Source: Acidobacteriota bacterium
GTDB taxonomy: Bacteria > Acidobacteriota > UBA890
Length of the DNA stretch: 43,989 nucleotides
Direction of reading: 5' to 3'
Assembly: GCA_050114655.1 (NCBI GenBank)
Contig: JASFRZ010000002.1
Span: 1-43,989, forward strand
The notes beneath the pieces were generated by a model. That model saw only the letters and a list, made by a program, of their open reading frames with translations. It was not told the DNA's origin and did not search any database. How positions within the stretch are numbered: the stretch's first letter is position 1; each line of letters begins with the position of its first letter. Made by a program: the position numbers and the translations under genes. Shown piece by piece: positions 33,370 to 42,953 of the stretch.

Positions 33370-36300
33370 GCAACGATCAGGCCCCGCCCGCCCCCGTTCC
33401 CGAGAAACGCCGCACACCCGGCAAGAAGAAACGCTCACGGCTCCGGCGTCTGGGACGGCTGCTACTGCTTGTCACCCTCCTGCTGATCGTCGCTCTCGCC
33501 GCGGCGTGGGTGTGGTTGGAGAGCGCCGCGGGGCAGGACCGCGCGCGCCGTTGGCTGCAGGCACGCGGCACGCAGTTGCTGCAGCGCGACCTGACCATCG
33601 CGTCGCTCGACTGGGATCTGCTGCCGTTTCGCGCCCGCCTCTCCGGCATCGAGATCGCCGGCGCACCCGGCAGCGACCAGCCGCTGGCCCGCATCGCCAG
33701 CGTGCAGGTGCGCATATGGCCGTGGGCTTTGCTGTCGCGCGAGCTGCGCCTGCAATCGATCGAGGTCACCTCGCCGACGGTGCACTGGGACACCGGCAGC
33801 GGCTCGAACCTGGCCCTGGAGGCGCGCGGCAACGGCCGTCTGGGCGTGGACGTGCAACGGCTCGAGATCAGCGACGGCGCGGTCGAGCTCAACCACCGGC
33901 GCTGGAACCTCGATGCGTCGCTCGCCGCCGTCAGCCTGTACGTCGAGCCGGTCGCGGGTGCGGGCGACTCATCGCGGCGTTCCGGCCTGCTGCGCGCCGG
34001 CGGCGGCGGACTCGATCTGGAGGCTCCTCTGGTCGACAACGCGGACGCGGTGCCGGCGAGACTCGAGGTCATCGAGGCCGAGGTACCGTTCCTCGTCGAG
34101 GAAGACCGCCTGGTGATCGAGCCCGCCCGCCTCGCCATGGGCGACAGCGAGCTGACCGCGACCGGTACCGTCACCGACTGGAGCAGCGCCGAGCTCGCCG
34201 TCGGAGGACGTATCGACATCCGCGACATGGTGGGACTCACCGGCGTCGCCCTGGCGGATACGGACTCCGGCATGGTGACGCTCGACGGCGCGGTCACCTG
34301 GGGACCCGAACCGTTGCACTTCTCCGGCGCCCTGTCCTCGCCGACGATCACTCTCGGCGGCGTCGAGGGCACCGGGCTGACCGCCGACGTCGAAGCGGAC
34401 GCTGCGCGGCTGGTCGTCGACGAGCTGCGCTTCGGATTGTTCGACGGCGAGGTGGTCGCCGCCGTCGAGGCGAGCCTGGCGACAGTGCCGCGGCAGTGGA
34501 CGTTGCGCTACGAGGTGAACGACGTCGACATGAATGCCCTCAGCAGATCACCGGCGCTGCCCGGCTTTCGCTTCGCCGGCATCGCCTCGTCGCGCGGCGA
34601 CTTGAGCTGGAGCGACCCGGTGCGCGACACCGTCAGCGGCGCCGGATCGGTCGACCTGAGCCTACCGTCAGGGACGCTGGAGAGCCTCGCCGAGCGCGCC
34701 GCCGACACCGGCGAGGTGCCGGCCACGGCGCCGAGCGCAAGGGAACAGGCCGCCACGCCAGGTGGCGCGTCGGCGCAGCTCGTTGCCCCTTCATTACCCC
34801 TCCCGGTGACCGCGCACGCCGACTTCGAGGTCGACGCGGGCACCCTGACGGTCCGCAATGGCAGCGCTTCGCTGCCCAACACCGTGGCATCGCTGCAGGG
34901 TTCGCTCGGCCGCGACGGCACCATCGTCGCCGATGTCGACGTGGACAGCGACGACCTGCGCATGCTCGACCGCTTCTTCAACCAGATCCGACGCTTTCGT
35001 GGCGAGCAGCCCGTGCCGCGCCCATTCGGTCTCGTCGGCAGCGGCCGGGTGACGGCATCGGTCGGCGGAACCACCGAACAGCCGACGGTGAGCGGTTCGC
35101 TGCAGGCACGCTCGCTGTCCGTTGCCGGCAACCCGGTCGGCGACGTCGACGGCAGCCTGCGCCTGGAAAGCTCCTCGCTGGAGATCGAGGACCTGCGCCT
35201 GCGCCGCAACGACGGCACCGGCGAGGGCGGCGGCCGGCTGCGCATCGGGACTCGTGCGGGCGACGCCCCCGATTACTCCTTCGAGCTGCGGCTGGAGAGC
35301 TTCCCGATGGAGGTCAACTTGCCGCAACTAGGCACGCCGCTTACGGCGTCGGCCGAGACCAGTGGCGAGATCTCGCTGAGCGGATCGTACGGTGGCCCAC
35401 CCATCGGGCGGGTCGCTCTGCGCGCCGACGGCGCGCAACTCAACGGGCTCACCGACCTGCGTGCCGATGTCGAGGTCAGGCTGGAGCCCGAGGAATGGGT
35501 CGCCGACCGCTTCGAGATCAGCGGGCCGAGCGGCTCGATCGACATCTCGGGCTCGTGGCTGCGCGCCGATGACACCGTGCAGGCGCAACTCGACGCGCGC
35601 GACGTCGACGCCTCCACCGTCAACGATCTGATCGTGCCCGAGATCCCGCTCTCCGGCACGATGCAGTTGCAGGCGCAGCTCACCGGCCCCTTCTCGTCGC
35701 CCGACGCGGCGGCGACATTGCGCTGGACCGAGGCAGGAGCCTACGGCGTGGCCCTGGGCGCCGTGGCGTTGAGCACCGAGCTTCGCCGGGGAGCCGTGGC
35801 CGTCTCCGCTGTCGGACGCTCCGATTCCACCGCTCCCGCCGTGCCGCCGCCGACGCCGCACGCCACCGGCGGCGAAAACGCAATCCCGCTCGACACGGTG
35901 CCACCGGGTGGCTGGGCGGCGACGTTCAGCGCAGACGTCGGGGCGCCCCACCGCGCCACCGTGCGCGCCGCCGGCGCGTCGGACCTTGCTCTGGCGCTCC
36001 TTGTCGCACAGGGCTACGACCCGGGCCAGGAGGTGACCGCCAGCGGATCGATCGACGCTTCCGGTAGTGGCGTGATCGGTGAGTGGGCCGACTGGACCGG
36101 TAGCGTCGAGCTGTCCGACTTCGTTCTCAGCCGTCCGGGCATGACCTTCTCCATCCCCGATGCCCTGCGCCTCGAGCTCGGCAACGGGCTGCTGCGGGTG
36201 GACCTGCCGGAGCTGGTCAGCGAGGCCGGCAGCCTGCAAGCCAGCGGCCTCATCGACGTCGGCAGCGGAGAGTGGATCGAAGCGCGCTCCACCGGCGTCG

Positions 36301-38219
36301 TGTCGCTCGCCGTGGTCGGTGCGCTCTCCGAGGGGCTCGACGCCGACGGCACGCTCGAGGTGGACCTGGAAGCCACCGGCGACGTGCTCGCAGGCGATGT
36401 CGCCGGCAGCTTCGAGCTGTACGATGTCCGGCTGGCGCACGCCGACTCGCCATGGGCGGTCAGCGGCGTCAACGGCACCGTCCTGCTTTCGGACAACATC
36501 CTCGACCTGCGTGATGTCAGCGGCCTGATCGAGGAGCAGCCGTTCGCGATCGACGGCACCCTGCCGCTGGCTGCCCTTGCAGGCGACGAGAGCTCTACCC
36601 CCTTCGACGTTTCGCTCACCGTCGACGCCTTACCGCTGGCGCCGCTGTGGCGCAGAACCGGAGCGCTCAACGAGCTGATTACCGGCGGCACCGCCGCGGT
36701 GACCGCCTCGCTGCAGGGGCGCGGCACCGACTGGCGTTCTTACGAGGGTGACGTCGAGGTGCGCTCGTTGCGCGTCGACTTCGCCGACCTGCAGCTGACC
36801 ATGCCGCAATCGACGACGCTGACGCTGGCCGGGGACCGGCTGGAGCTGAACGACACACTGGGGCTGCAAGGGCCGGCCACAGACCTGCAGGTGAGCGGCG
36901 CATTCATGTTTGCGCCGTTTCGCCTCGATGCGCGTCTCCAGGGGACGGCGGCGCTCGATCCGTTCAACACGATCACCGGCTCGTGGGGCGTGGCGGGGCG
37001 CGCCCAGCTCGACGTCCGGGTGACAGGCAATCCGCCCGAGCTCGCCTACAACGGCACCCTCGGGGTGACCTCCGGCCTGCTCAACGCGCCGGTGCTGCAG
37101 CCGGTCGAGAACATCACCGCCGAGCTCACGCTCCAGGACCGCCTGGTGCGCATTGACCGCTTCAACGGCTCGCTCGGCGACAGCTCGTTGACGGACAGCA
37201 ATGTCTCGATGGGCGGCGAGATCCAGCTCGTCAACAGCGTGCCGCAGCGCTTCAGCCTCACCCTCGACGTCAACGAGGCGGTGCTGCGCATTCAGCGCGG
37301 CACGAGGCTGACCGCCTCCGCCGACCTGGCGCTCGACGGCACCTTCGAGCGCGCCCTACTCTCCGGGAGGATGGACATCGCCGGCGGCGAGTACACCGCC
37401 CGATGGGAGGACGAGGAGAGCATGCTGGCGATGTCTGACGCGGGCGGCCCGCTGATCGACTCACCCCTCGCCCGGGCCATCAACCTCGACATCGACGTGG
37501 TCGCCCCCGGCGACCTGCGCATTGCCAACAACATGGCTGACGTCGAGCTCAGCGCCGACCTGCAGATCCGCGGCACGCTGGCGAATCCCGTCCTGCTCGG
37601 CAGCGCTACGGTGCTCGACGGGTCGGTGACCTTCAACGACAACCGCTACCGCTTCCTGCGCGGCGCCCTCGACTTCCAGAATCCGCTGCGCACCGAGCCC
37701 ACCTTCGATATCTCGGTGGAGACCTCGATCCGCCAGTACCTGGTGACCGTCAACGCATCCGGCTCGCCGGCGCGCGGCGACATCAACACCACCATCTCCT
37801 CGTCGCCCCCGCTGTCGGACTTGCAGCTCATCCAGTTGCTCACCACCGGCAGCGCGGGCGAGGAGAACGTGCGCAACGACGACCAGACGATCAGCGCCCT
37901 GGGGACCCAGGCGGCTTCCTTCCTCACCCGTCAGTACATGCAACAGGTCGAACGCGGAGCGCAGCGTGTCTTCGGCGTCGACCGCTTCGACATCCAACCC
38001 GCAGTGGTGTCCGGCACCGGCGACCCGACCGCTCGCGTTACCGTCGGCAAGCAGGTCACCCCGGAGCTGTGGGTGAGCTGGACCACGGTTCTCGGCACCA
38101 CCGAGGAGCAACTCGTCACCCTCGAGTACCAGCTCACACGAGGCATTCAATTGACCGCGACGCGGGAGGACGACGGCTCCTACGGCGTTGACATCCGCTT
38201 CAATCACAGGTTCCGATGA
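33366..38219 (+). CDS. tamB: TamB/AsmA-like translocation and assembly module protein (C-terminal DUF490-type domain)
   Basis: This is a 1617-aa protein with an N-terminal anchor 'LLLLVTLLLIVALAAAWVWL' and a long beta-rich body. The C-terminus is '...TVGKQVTPELWVSWTTVLGTTEEQLVTLEYQLTRGIQLTATREDDGSYGVDIRFNHRF', typical of TamB. The ATG overlaps the BCCP stop (ATGA at 33366-33369). Confidence 0.8.
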   Translation: MSNDQAPPAPVPEKRRTPGKKKRSRLRRLGRLLLLVTLLLIVALAAAWVWLESAAGQDRARRWLQARGTQLLQRDLTIASLDWDLLPFRARLSGIEIAGAPGSDQPLARIASVQVRIWPWALLSRELRLQSIEVTSPTVHWDTGSGSNLALEARGNGRLGVDVQRLEISDGAVELNHRRWNLDASLAAVSLYVEPVAGAGDSSRRSGLLRAGGGGLDLEAPLVDNADAVPARLEVIEAEVPFLVEEDRLVIEPARLAMGDSELTATGTVTDWSSAELAVGGRIDIRDMVGLTGVALADTDSGMVTLDGAVTWGPEPLHFSGALSSPTITLGGVEGTGLTADVEADAARLVVDELRFGLFDGEVVAAVEASLATVPRQWTLRYEVNDVDMNALSRSPALPGFRFAGIASSRGDLSWSDPVRDTVSGAGSVDLSLPSGTLESLAERAADTGEVPATAPSAREQAATPGGASAQLVAPSLPLPVTAHADFEVDAGTLTVRNGSASLPNTVASLQGSLGRDGTIVADVDVDSDDLRMLDRFFNQIRRFRGEQPVPRPFGLVGSGRVTASVGGTTEQPTVSGSLQARSLSVAGNPVGDVDGSLRLESSSLEIEDLRLRRNDGTGEGGGRLRIGTRAGDAPDYSFELRLESFPMEVNLPQLGTPLTASAETSGEISLSGSYGGPPIGRVALRADGAQLNGLTDLRADVEVRLEPEEWVADRFEISGPSGSIDISGSWLRADDTVQAQLDARDVDASTVNDLIVPEIPLSGTMQLQAQLTGPFSSPDAAATLRWTEAGAYGVALGAVALSTELRRGAVAVSAVGRSDSTAPAVPPPTPHATGGENAIPLDTVPPGGWAATFSADVGAPHRATVRAAGASDLALALLVAQGYDPGQEVTASGSIDASGSGVIGEWADWTGSVELSDFVLSRPGMTFSIPDALRLELGNGLLRVDLPELVSEAGSLQASGLIDVGSGEWIEARSTGVVSLAVVGALSEGLDADGTLEVDLEATGDVLAGDVAGSFELYDVRLAHADSPWAVSGVNGTVLLSDNILDLRDVSGLIEEQPFAIDGTLPLAALAGDESSTPFDVSLTVDALPLAPLWRRTGALNELITGGTAAVTASLQGRGTDWRSYEGDVEVRSLRVDFADLQLTMPQSTTLTLAGDRLELNDTLGLQGPATDLQVSGAFMFAPFRLDARLQGTAALDPFNTITGSWGVAGRAQLDVRVTGNPPELAYNGTLGVTSGLLNAPVLQPVENITAELTLQDRLVRIDRFNGSLGDSSLTDSNVSMGGEIQLVNSVPQRFSLTLDVNEAVLRIQRGTRLTASADLALDGTFERALLSGRMDIAGGEYTARWEDEESMLAMSDAGGPLIDSPLARAINLDIDVVAPGDLRIANNMADVELSADLQIRGTLANPVLLGSATVLDGSVTFNDNRYRFLRGALDFQNPLRTEPTFDISVETSIRQYLVTVNASGSPARGDINTTISSSPPLSDLQLIQLLTTGSAGEENVRNDDQTISALGTQAASFLTRQYMQQVERGAQRVFGVDRFDIQPAVVSGTGDPTARVTVGKQVTPELWVSWTTVLGTTEEQLVTLEYQLTRGIQLTATREDDGSYGVDIRFNHRFR

Positions 38220-40981
38220 CACGACGCGAATCGTTGCAGCGAACGATCAGGCGCTGCCTCCACGCCGCCGCGGCAATCGCCCTGTTGTCAGCGACGTGGC
38301 CGGCGCAGGCGCAGGACCTGGATGGCCGGCCGGTCGCCGATATCGCGATCGACGCGCCCGCAGCGCTGCAGCAGCCGGTCCGCACCGCAGTGGTGGCGCG
38401 CCGCGGTGAGCCGCTCGATCCCACCGACCTGCGCCGCTCCATCCAGAACATCTACGCGCTCGGGCGCGTTTCCGACGTGCAGGTGGAATCGGAGGAGACC
38501 CCCGCGGGCCTGCGCCTGCACTTCAAAGTGCTGCCGGCGGCGCGCGTCGAGACCATCCTCTTCGAAGGCGACAGCCCGCTGCCCCGCCGCGACCTGCGCG
38601 ACACGCTGACCACCACGCAGGGCGATCACATCACCCGCGCGTTGCTGGAGGAACAAGCTACCCGCTTGCAGGCGGCGCTTTCCGCCCGCGGTTACCTCGG
38701 TGCGGTGGTCGAGCCCGAGCTGCTGCTGGGCAACGACGGTCTCTCCGGCACGCTGGTCTTCCACCTACGCCCGGGTGGAGCGACGCGCCTCGCGCACCTC
38801 GACCTCCTCGGTGACCTGGGGATCAGTGCGGCCGCGGTACGCGAGGCCTTCGGGCTGAGCGAGGGCGAAGCGTTCCGGGACGACCGGCTGGGCGACGGCA
38901 TCGAGAACGTCCGGCGGCGCCTTGCAGAGGCTCGCTTCTTCTACGCCAGCGTGACGATCGAAGACCAGGCGCTGAACCAAGCGGAGAACACCGCCGACTT
39001 GACTCTGCGCATCGACGCCGGCCCGCGGGTAGAACTGGAGTTTCGCGGCTGGGATCGCAGCGAGGAGGAGCTGCGCAATATGCTGCCGTTCGTCGAGTCG
39101 GCGAGCGTTGCCGACTGGATCCTCAACCAGGCGCGCGCCGACCTGATCACCGAGTTGCAAGCCCAAGGCTACTGGAAGCCGCTGGTCAGCTACGGCCGCG
39201 TGCGCGACGACGAAGGACGCAACGTCCAGGTCACTTTCACCGTCGCACCGGTCCGCCGCACGAACGTGAAGCAGGTGGAGATAGAGGGCAACGCCGCGTT
39301 TGCCGAGGAACGACTACTCGAGTTGCTGCAGACCCACGCCGCCGGAGTGCTGCGCGGCGCCCGCTTTTCAAGCGACACGTGGGAGCAGGACCAGCGCGCC
39401 GTCGTAGCCTTCTACCGCAGGGCCGGGTTCCTGCAGGCGCGGGTCGTCGATGCTCCGGTGACCTTCGATCCCGACCTCGACGGCCTGCTCGCCGTGATTC
39501 AGATCGAGGAGGGTGAGCGAACGACGGTCGACGGCCTGACGATCGATATCCACGGCCGGATCGGGGATTACGGCATCGACGCCGCGGATTGGGCCTCCGC
39601 GCTCGCCACTCGCGACGGCGGGCCTTTCGACCCCGATGCGTTGCGCCAGGATGAGACCCGACTGCGTATCATTCTTTCCAACCAGGGATTCCCGCGCGCC
39701 CAGGTGTCCTCCGAGGTCGACGAGGGCAACGATCCCTACCGGGTGAGGGTGCGCTTCACGGTTGACCCCGGCCGCCGCACCCGCGTCGGCACGGTGCTGA
39801 TCTCAGGGAACGAGACAGTGCGCGAGGACGTTATCCGGCGCCAGCTCACTCTCTACCCGGGCTCGCCGTTTACCCAGGAGAGCGTGATCCTGAGCCAGAG
39901 CAACCTGTACCGGCTCGGCATCTTCGCGCGCGTCGACATCGACACCGCGGTGCCCAACTCGATCGAGACCGAGCCCACCGTGGTGGTGCGCGTTACCGAA
40001 GGTTCCAGCAAGCGCCTGTCCTGGGGTCTGGGATACTCCACCGAGGAACAGGTACGCGGCACCTTCGTGCTCGGGGAGGACGACCTCTGGGGCCGCAATC
40101 ATCGCGCCACCATGAGCGTGCGGGCGTCGTTCGTCGAGCAGCGCGCGCGCTTCATCTATACCGACCCCTACCTGCTCGGCCGCTCTCTCGAAGGCTCGCT
40201 CGTCGGCTACTACGAGAGCGTCGCAGAAGAAGGCTACAACGTGCAGCGCATCGGTGTTTCCGCCCAGGTCGTCAAGCGTCATACCAACTGGCTGTCGAGC
40301 ATCTGGCGCTATTCGTACCGCGACCAGCAGACCTACAACGTAGACATCGACCCGGCCGAGCTACGACCGGAGGACACCGACGCGCTGGTCGGTAGCATCG
40401 GCTACTCGCTGCTCATCGACACGCGCCCCAACCCGATCGACCCGCGCTCCGGCTCCTACCACAGCGTCGACGTCGAGTGGGCGGCGAAGGCTTTCGGTAG
40501 CCAGCCCGACTACATCAAGCTGTTCGGCCGCTCATACTGGTATTGGGAGGTCCCCGGCAACGCGGTGTTCGTCGCCGCGGCGCGCGCCGGCTGGGCGATG
40601 CCATACCGCGACTCGGTCGTGCCGCTGCCGAACCGCTTCCTGGCCGGCGGCTCGACCAGTCTGCGCGGCTACGGGCGCAACCTCGCCGGGCCGACCGACC
40701 CGAACGGCAACCCGCTGGGCGGGGACGTGCTGCTGATCGGCAACTTCGAGTACCGTGCTCCGCTGCGCGGCAGTCTCGGCACTGTCCTCTTCTCCGACAT
40801 CGGCAACGTCTTCGCGGATCCTGACACGGTCACCTGGTCGCAGGTGAGCGTGACCGTCGGCCTCGGCGTCCGCTACGACACGCCGATTGGCCCGCTGCGG
40901 CTCGACTGGGGTTATCTGTTGCGAGCTCCTTCGGAGCAGGGCAGCTCGCGCATCCACTTCGCCATCGGCCAGGCATTCTGA
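38216..40981 (+). CDS. bamA: Omp85-family outer membrane protein assembly factor (BamA-like, multi-POTRA)
   Basis: It has a signal peptide 'AAIALLSATWPAQA' and repeated POTRA-like units ('V..I.F.G....') such as 'RVETILFEGDSP', 'VKQVEIEGNAAF' and 'VGTVLISGNETV'. Barrel motifs are 'RFLAGGSTSLRGYG' and 'VGLGVRYDTPIGPLRLDWGY', and the protein ends in Phe. The ATG overlaps the tamB stop (ATGA at 38216-38219). Confidence 0.9.
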   Translation: MTRRESLQRTIRRCLHAAAAIALLSATWPAQAQDLDGRPVADIAIDAPAALQQPVRTAVVARRGEPLDPTDLRRSIQNIYALGRVSDVQVESEETPAGLRLHFKVLPAARVETILFEGDSPLPRRDLRDTLTTTQGDHITRALLEEQATRLQAALSARGYLGAVVEPELLLGNDGLSGTLVFHLRPGGATRLAHLDLLGDLGISAAAVREAFGLSEGEAFRDDRLGDGIENVRRRLAEARFFYASVTIEDQALNQAENTADLTLRIDAGPRVELEFRGWDRSEEELRNMLPFVESASVADWILNQARADLITELQAQGYWKPLVSYGRVRDDEGRNVQVTFTVAPVRRTNVKQVEIEGNAAFAEERLLELLQTHAAGVLRGARFSSDTWEQDQRAVVAFYRRAGFLQARVVDAPVTFDPDLDGLLAVIQIEEGERTTVDGLTIDIHGRIGDYGIDAADWASALATRDGGPFDPDALRQDETRLRIILSNQGFPRAQVSSEVDEGNDPYRVRVRFTVDPGRRTRVGTVLISGNETVREDVIRRQLTLYPGSPFTQESVILSQSNLYRLGIFARVDIDTAVPNSIETEPTVVVRVTEGSSKRLSWGLGYSTEEQVRGTFVLGEDDLWGRNHRATMSVRASFVEQRARFIYTDPYLLGRSLEGSLVGYYESVAEEGYNVQRIGVSAQVVKRHTNWLSSIWRYSYRDQQTYNVDIDPAELRPEDTDALVGSIGYSLLIDTRPNPIDPRSGSYHSVDVEWAAKAFGSQPDYIKLFGRSYWYWEVPGNAVFVAAARAGWAMPYRDSVVPLPNRFLAGGSTSLRGYGRNLAGPTDPNGNPLGGDVLLIGNFEYRAPLRGSLGTVLFSDIGNVFADPDTVTWSQVSVTVGLGVRYDTPIGPLRLDWGYLLRAPSEQGSSRIHFAIGQAF

Positions 40982-41709
40982 TGGGTTTCGCGCCGACAGC
41001 CGACCGGAGGCGTTGCAGCTTCGGCCTAACGCGATTCGGCGTCCTCCTGCTGGCCGCGATCGGCGCTGCCGGCGCCACACCGGCTCCGGCGAGAACGCAG
41101 ACGCCGGCGCTCGCTGACCGCATCGTCGCGGTCGTCAACGGCGAGGTCATCTCGTCGCGACAGCTCGAGCGCGCCACGCGAACCGCGCAGCAGACGGGCG
41201 AGCAGGCGACCGAGTTCTGCACCCCTCCTGCCGACGCCTCCGCTGACCTGCATGCCCGAGTACTGCAGTGCATGATCGACGACCTGCTGCAATTCCAGTA
41301 TGTCCGCCGCTTTCCCCAGTTCGATCCGTTGCCGGAGGCGATCGACGAGGCCTTCAGCGCACTGGTGGCGCGCTACGACTCACAGGCGGCCTTCGAGGAG
41401 GCGCTGCGCGAGCAGGACATGACCGCGGACGAAGTACGCTACGATCTGCGACGCGAGGCGATGATCGCCAATTACATCCAGGTTCGTTACCGCGATCTGG
41501 TCGACGTCACCGAAAGTGAGATCCAGAGCTACTACGTCGACGTGCTGCAGCCGGAGATGGAGCGCCAGGGCGCTGACCTGCCGGCCCTCGCAGCCGTCGA
41601 CGACGAGCTCATCGAGCCTCTGCTGCGCGAGACGGAGGTCAATCGCCGGGTCGACGAGTGGATCGCCGACATGCGGCGGCGCGCGCGCATCGTCCTGTAC
41701 CAATGGTGA
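40981..41709 (+). CDS. SurA N-terminal-domain periplasmic chaperone-like protein with no parvulin domain
   Basis: It has a signal-like N-terminus, then 'ADRIVAVVNGEVISSRQLE' and 'IDDLLQFQYV', which match the SurA_N pattern. At 242 aa it ends without a PPIase domain. The ATG shares one nucleotide with the bamA stop (TGATG at 40979-40983). Confidence 0.6.
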   Translation: MGFAPTADRRRCSFGLTRFGVLLLAAIGAAGATPAPARTQTPALADRIVAVVNGEVISSRQLERATRTAQQTGEQATEFCTPPADASADLHARVLQCMIDDLLQFQYVRRFPQFDPLPEAIDEAFSALVARYDSQAAFEEALREQDMTADEVRYDLRREAMIANYIQVRYRDLVDVTESEIQSYYVDVLQPEMERQGADLPALAAVDDELIEPLLRETEVNRRVDEWIADMRRRARIVLYQW

Positions 41710-41722
41710 TTCGGAGTGACCC

Positions 41723-42931
41723 TTGAGCGCGACCCGTAAGCCGAGCAAGGCCGAGATCGCCGCGCGCGACGAGGCGATCGACGGCGCTGGCGGCATCGCG
41801 CCGCCGCAGGCCGGTGCGCCCGGCTTCGAAGCCCTGGTCGGGCAGGAGACCACGGTACAGGCGTTGCGCCGCGCGCTGCAGCGCCACCGCCTGCCGCATG
41901 CGTTGCTGCTGCACGGCCCGGTCGGCGTTGGCAAGGCGACCTGCGCCGGGATCCTGGCGCAGGCGGTGAACTGCCCGGTGGGTAACTTCGTCGACGCCTG
42001 CGGCGAGTGCGCCTCGTGCCGCAAGGTGGCCCGCGGCCTGCACCCCGACGTGCTGTGGGTACAGCCTTCCGGGCGCTACATCACGATCGACCAGATCACC
42101 TACCGCAGGCGCAGCGGCCGCGGTGCTTCGGAAAGTGGCGACGACAGCGACGAGACCCGCAGGAAATCACGAAAGAAGGCCGAGCAGGAGCCGATCGTCT
42201 CCTGGGTCGGTTACAAGCCCTACGAGGGGCAGCGCCGTGTCGTGATCATCGATGACGCCCACGCGATGAACGTCCCATCGCAGAACGCCCTCCTCAAGAC
42301 ACTCGAGGAGCCGCCTCCATCGGCCCTGCTGGTGCTGGTGACAGCCAACCCGGGCCGGCTGCTACCGACCATCCGCTCGCGCTGCCAGACGCTGCGGCTG
42401 CAGCCGCTCGGCACCACGCTGATGCGGCGCAACCTCGAAGAGGCGCACAGCATGTCGGCCGAGGAGGCACGGCTGCGCGCCGCGCTGGCGCCGGGCAGCC
42501 TGGGACGCGCGATCAGCCTCGACCTCGACGAGTACGCCGCGCGCCGCGACGTCGCCGAGTCCGCCGTCGAGGACGCCTACGAGGGCGGCGCCGCACTGCT
42601 CGCCAGCGCCGAGGCGCTGCTCGGCGCCGGCGCCGGCGATCGCAAGGTCGAGCAGGCCGCCTCGGCGATGGAGGCGGTGCGCGACGTCCTGCGCGACCTG
42701 CTGGTGGTGGCCAATGGCTCGAGCCGCGATCTGGTGATCAACGTAGACCGTATCGACGACTGGAGTGACTGGGGCGGCAAGCTGGACCCCGAGGCGATTG
42801 TCGAGGCGCTGCGCGCCGTGCAGCAGGCGGACGACCGGCTGCGCGGCCCTCTCCCGCCCAACGCCAAGCTGACCGTCGAGGAGGCGCTCATCGGCGTCGG
42901 CGCCGCGTTGCGCAATGGGGCGCGAGCGTGA
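41723..42931 (+). CDS. holB: DNA polymerase III delta-prime subunit (clamp-loader AAA+), with a charged insertion
   Basis: It contains 'LPHALLLHGPVGVGKAT', the zinc module 'CPVGNFVDACGECASCRKV', 'HPDV', 'VVIIDDAHAMNVPSQNALLKTLEEPP' and 'TIRSRCQ'. The start is TTG 41723. Confidence 0.8.
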   Translation: MSATRKPSKAEIAARDEAIDGAGGIAPPQAGAPGFEALVGQETTVQALRRALQRHRLPHALLLHGPVGVGKATCAGILAQAVNCPVGNFVDACGECASCRKVARGLHPDVLWVQPSGRYITIDQITYRRRSGRGASESGDDSDETRRKSRKKAEQEPIVSWVGYKPYEGQRRVVIIDDAHAMNVPSQNALLKTLEEPPPSALLVLVTANPGRLLPTIRSRCQTLRLQPLGTTLMRRNLEEAHSMSAEEARLRAALAPGSLGRAISLDLDEYAARRDVAESAVEDAYEGGAALLASAEALLGAGAGDRKVEQAASAMEAVRDVLRDLLVVANGSSRDLVINVDRIDDWSDWGGKLDPEAIVEALRAVQQADDRLRGPLPPNAKLTVEEALIGVGAALRNGARA

Positions 42932-42953
42932 GCAGTCCCCGCGTGGTGGGGCT

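Noticed and set aside
33506-35572. A 688-aa same-strand alternative-frame ORF inside tamB, plus Arg-rich ORFs inside other genes (for example 27543-29018, 6274-7656, 43139-43909).
   Set aside because: The translations are extremely Arg/Pro/Gly-rich and low in complexity. They are out of frame with well-supported genes, and nothing points to overlapping genes or frameshifting.
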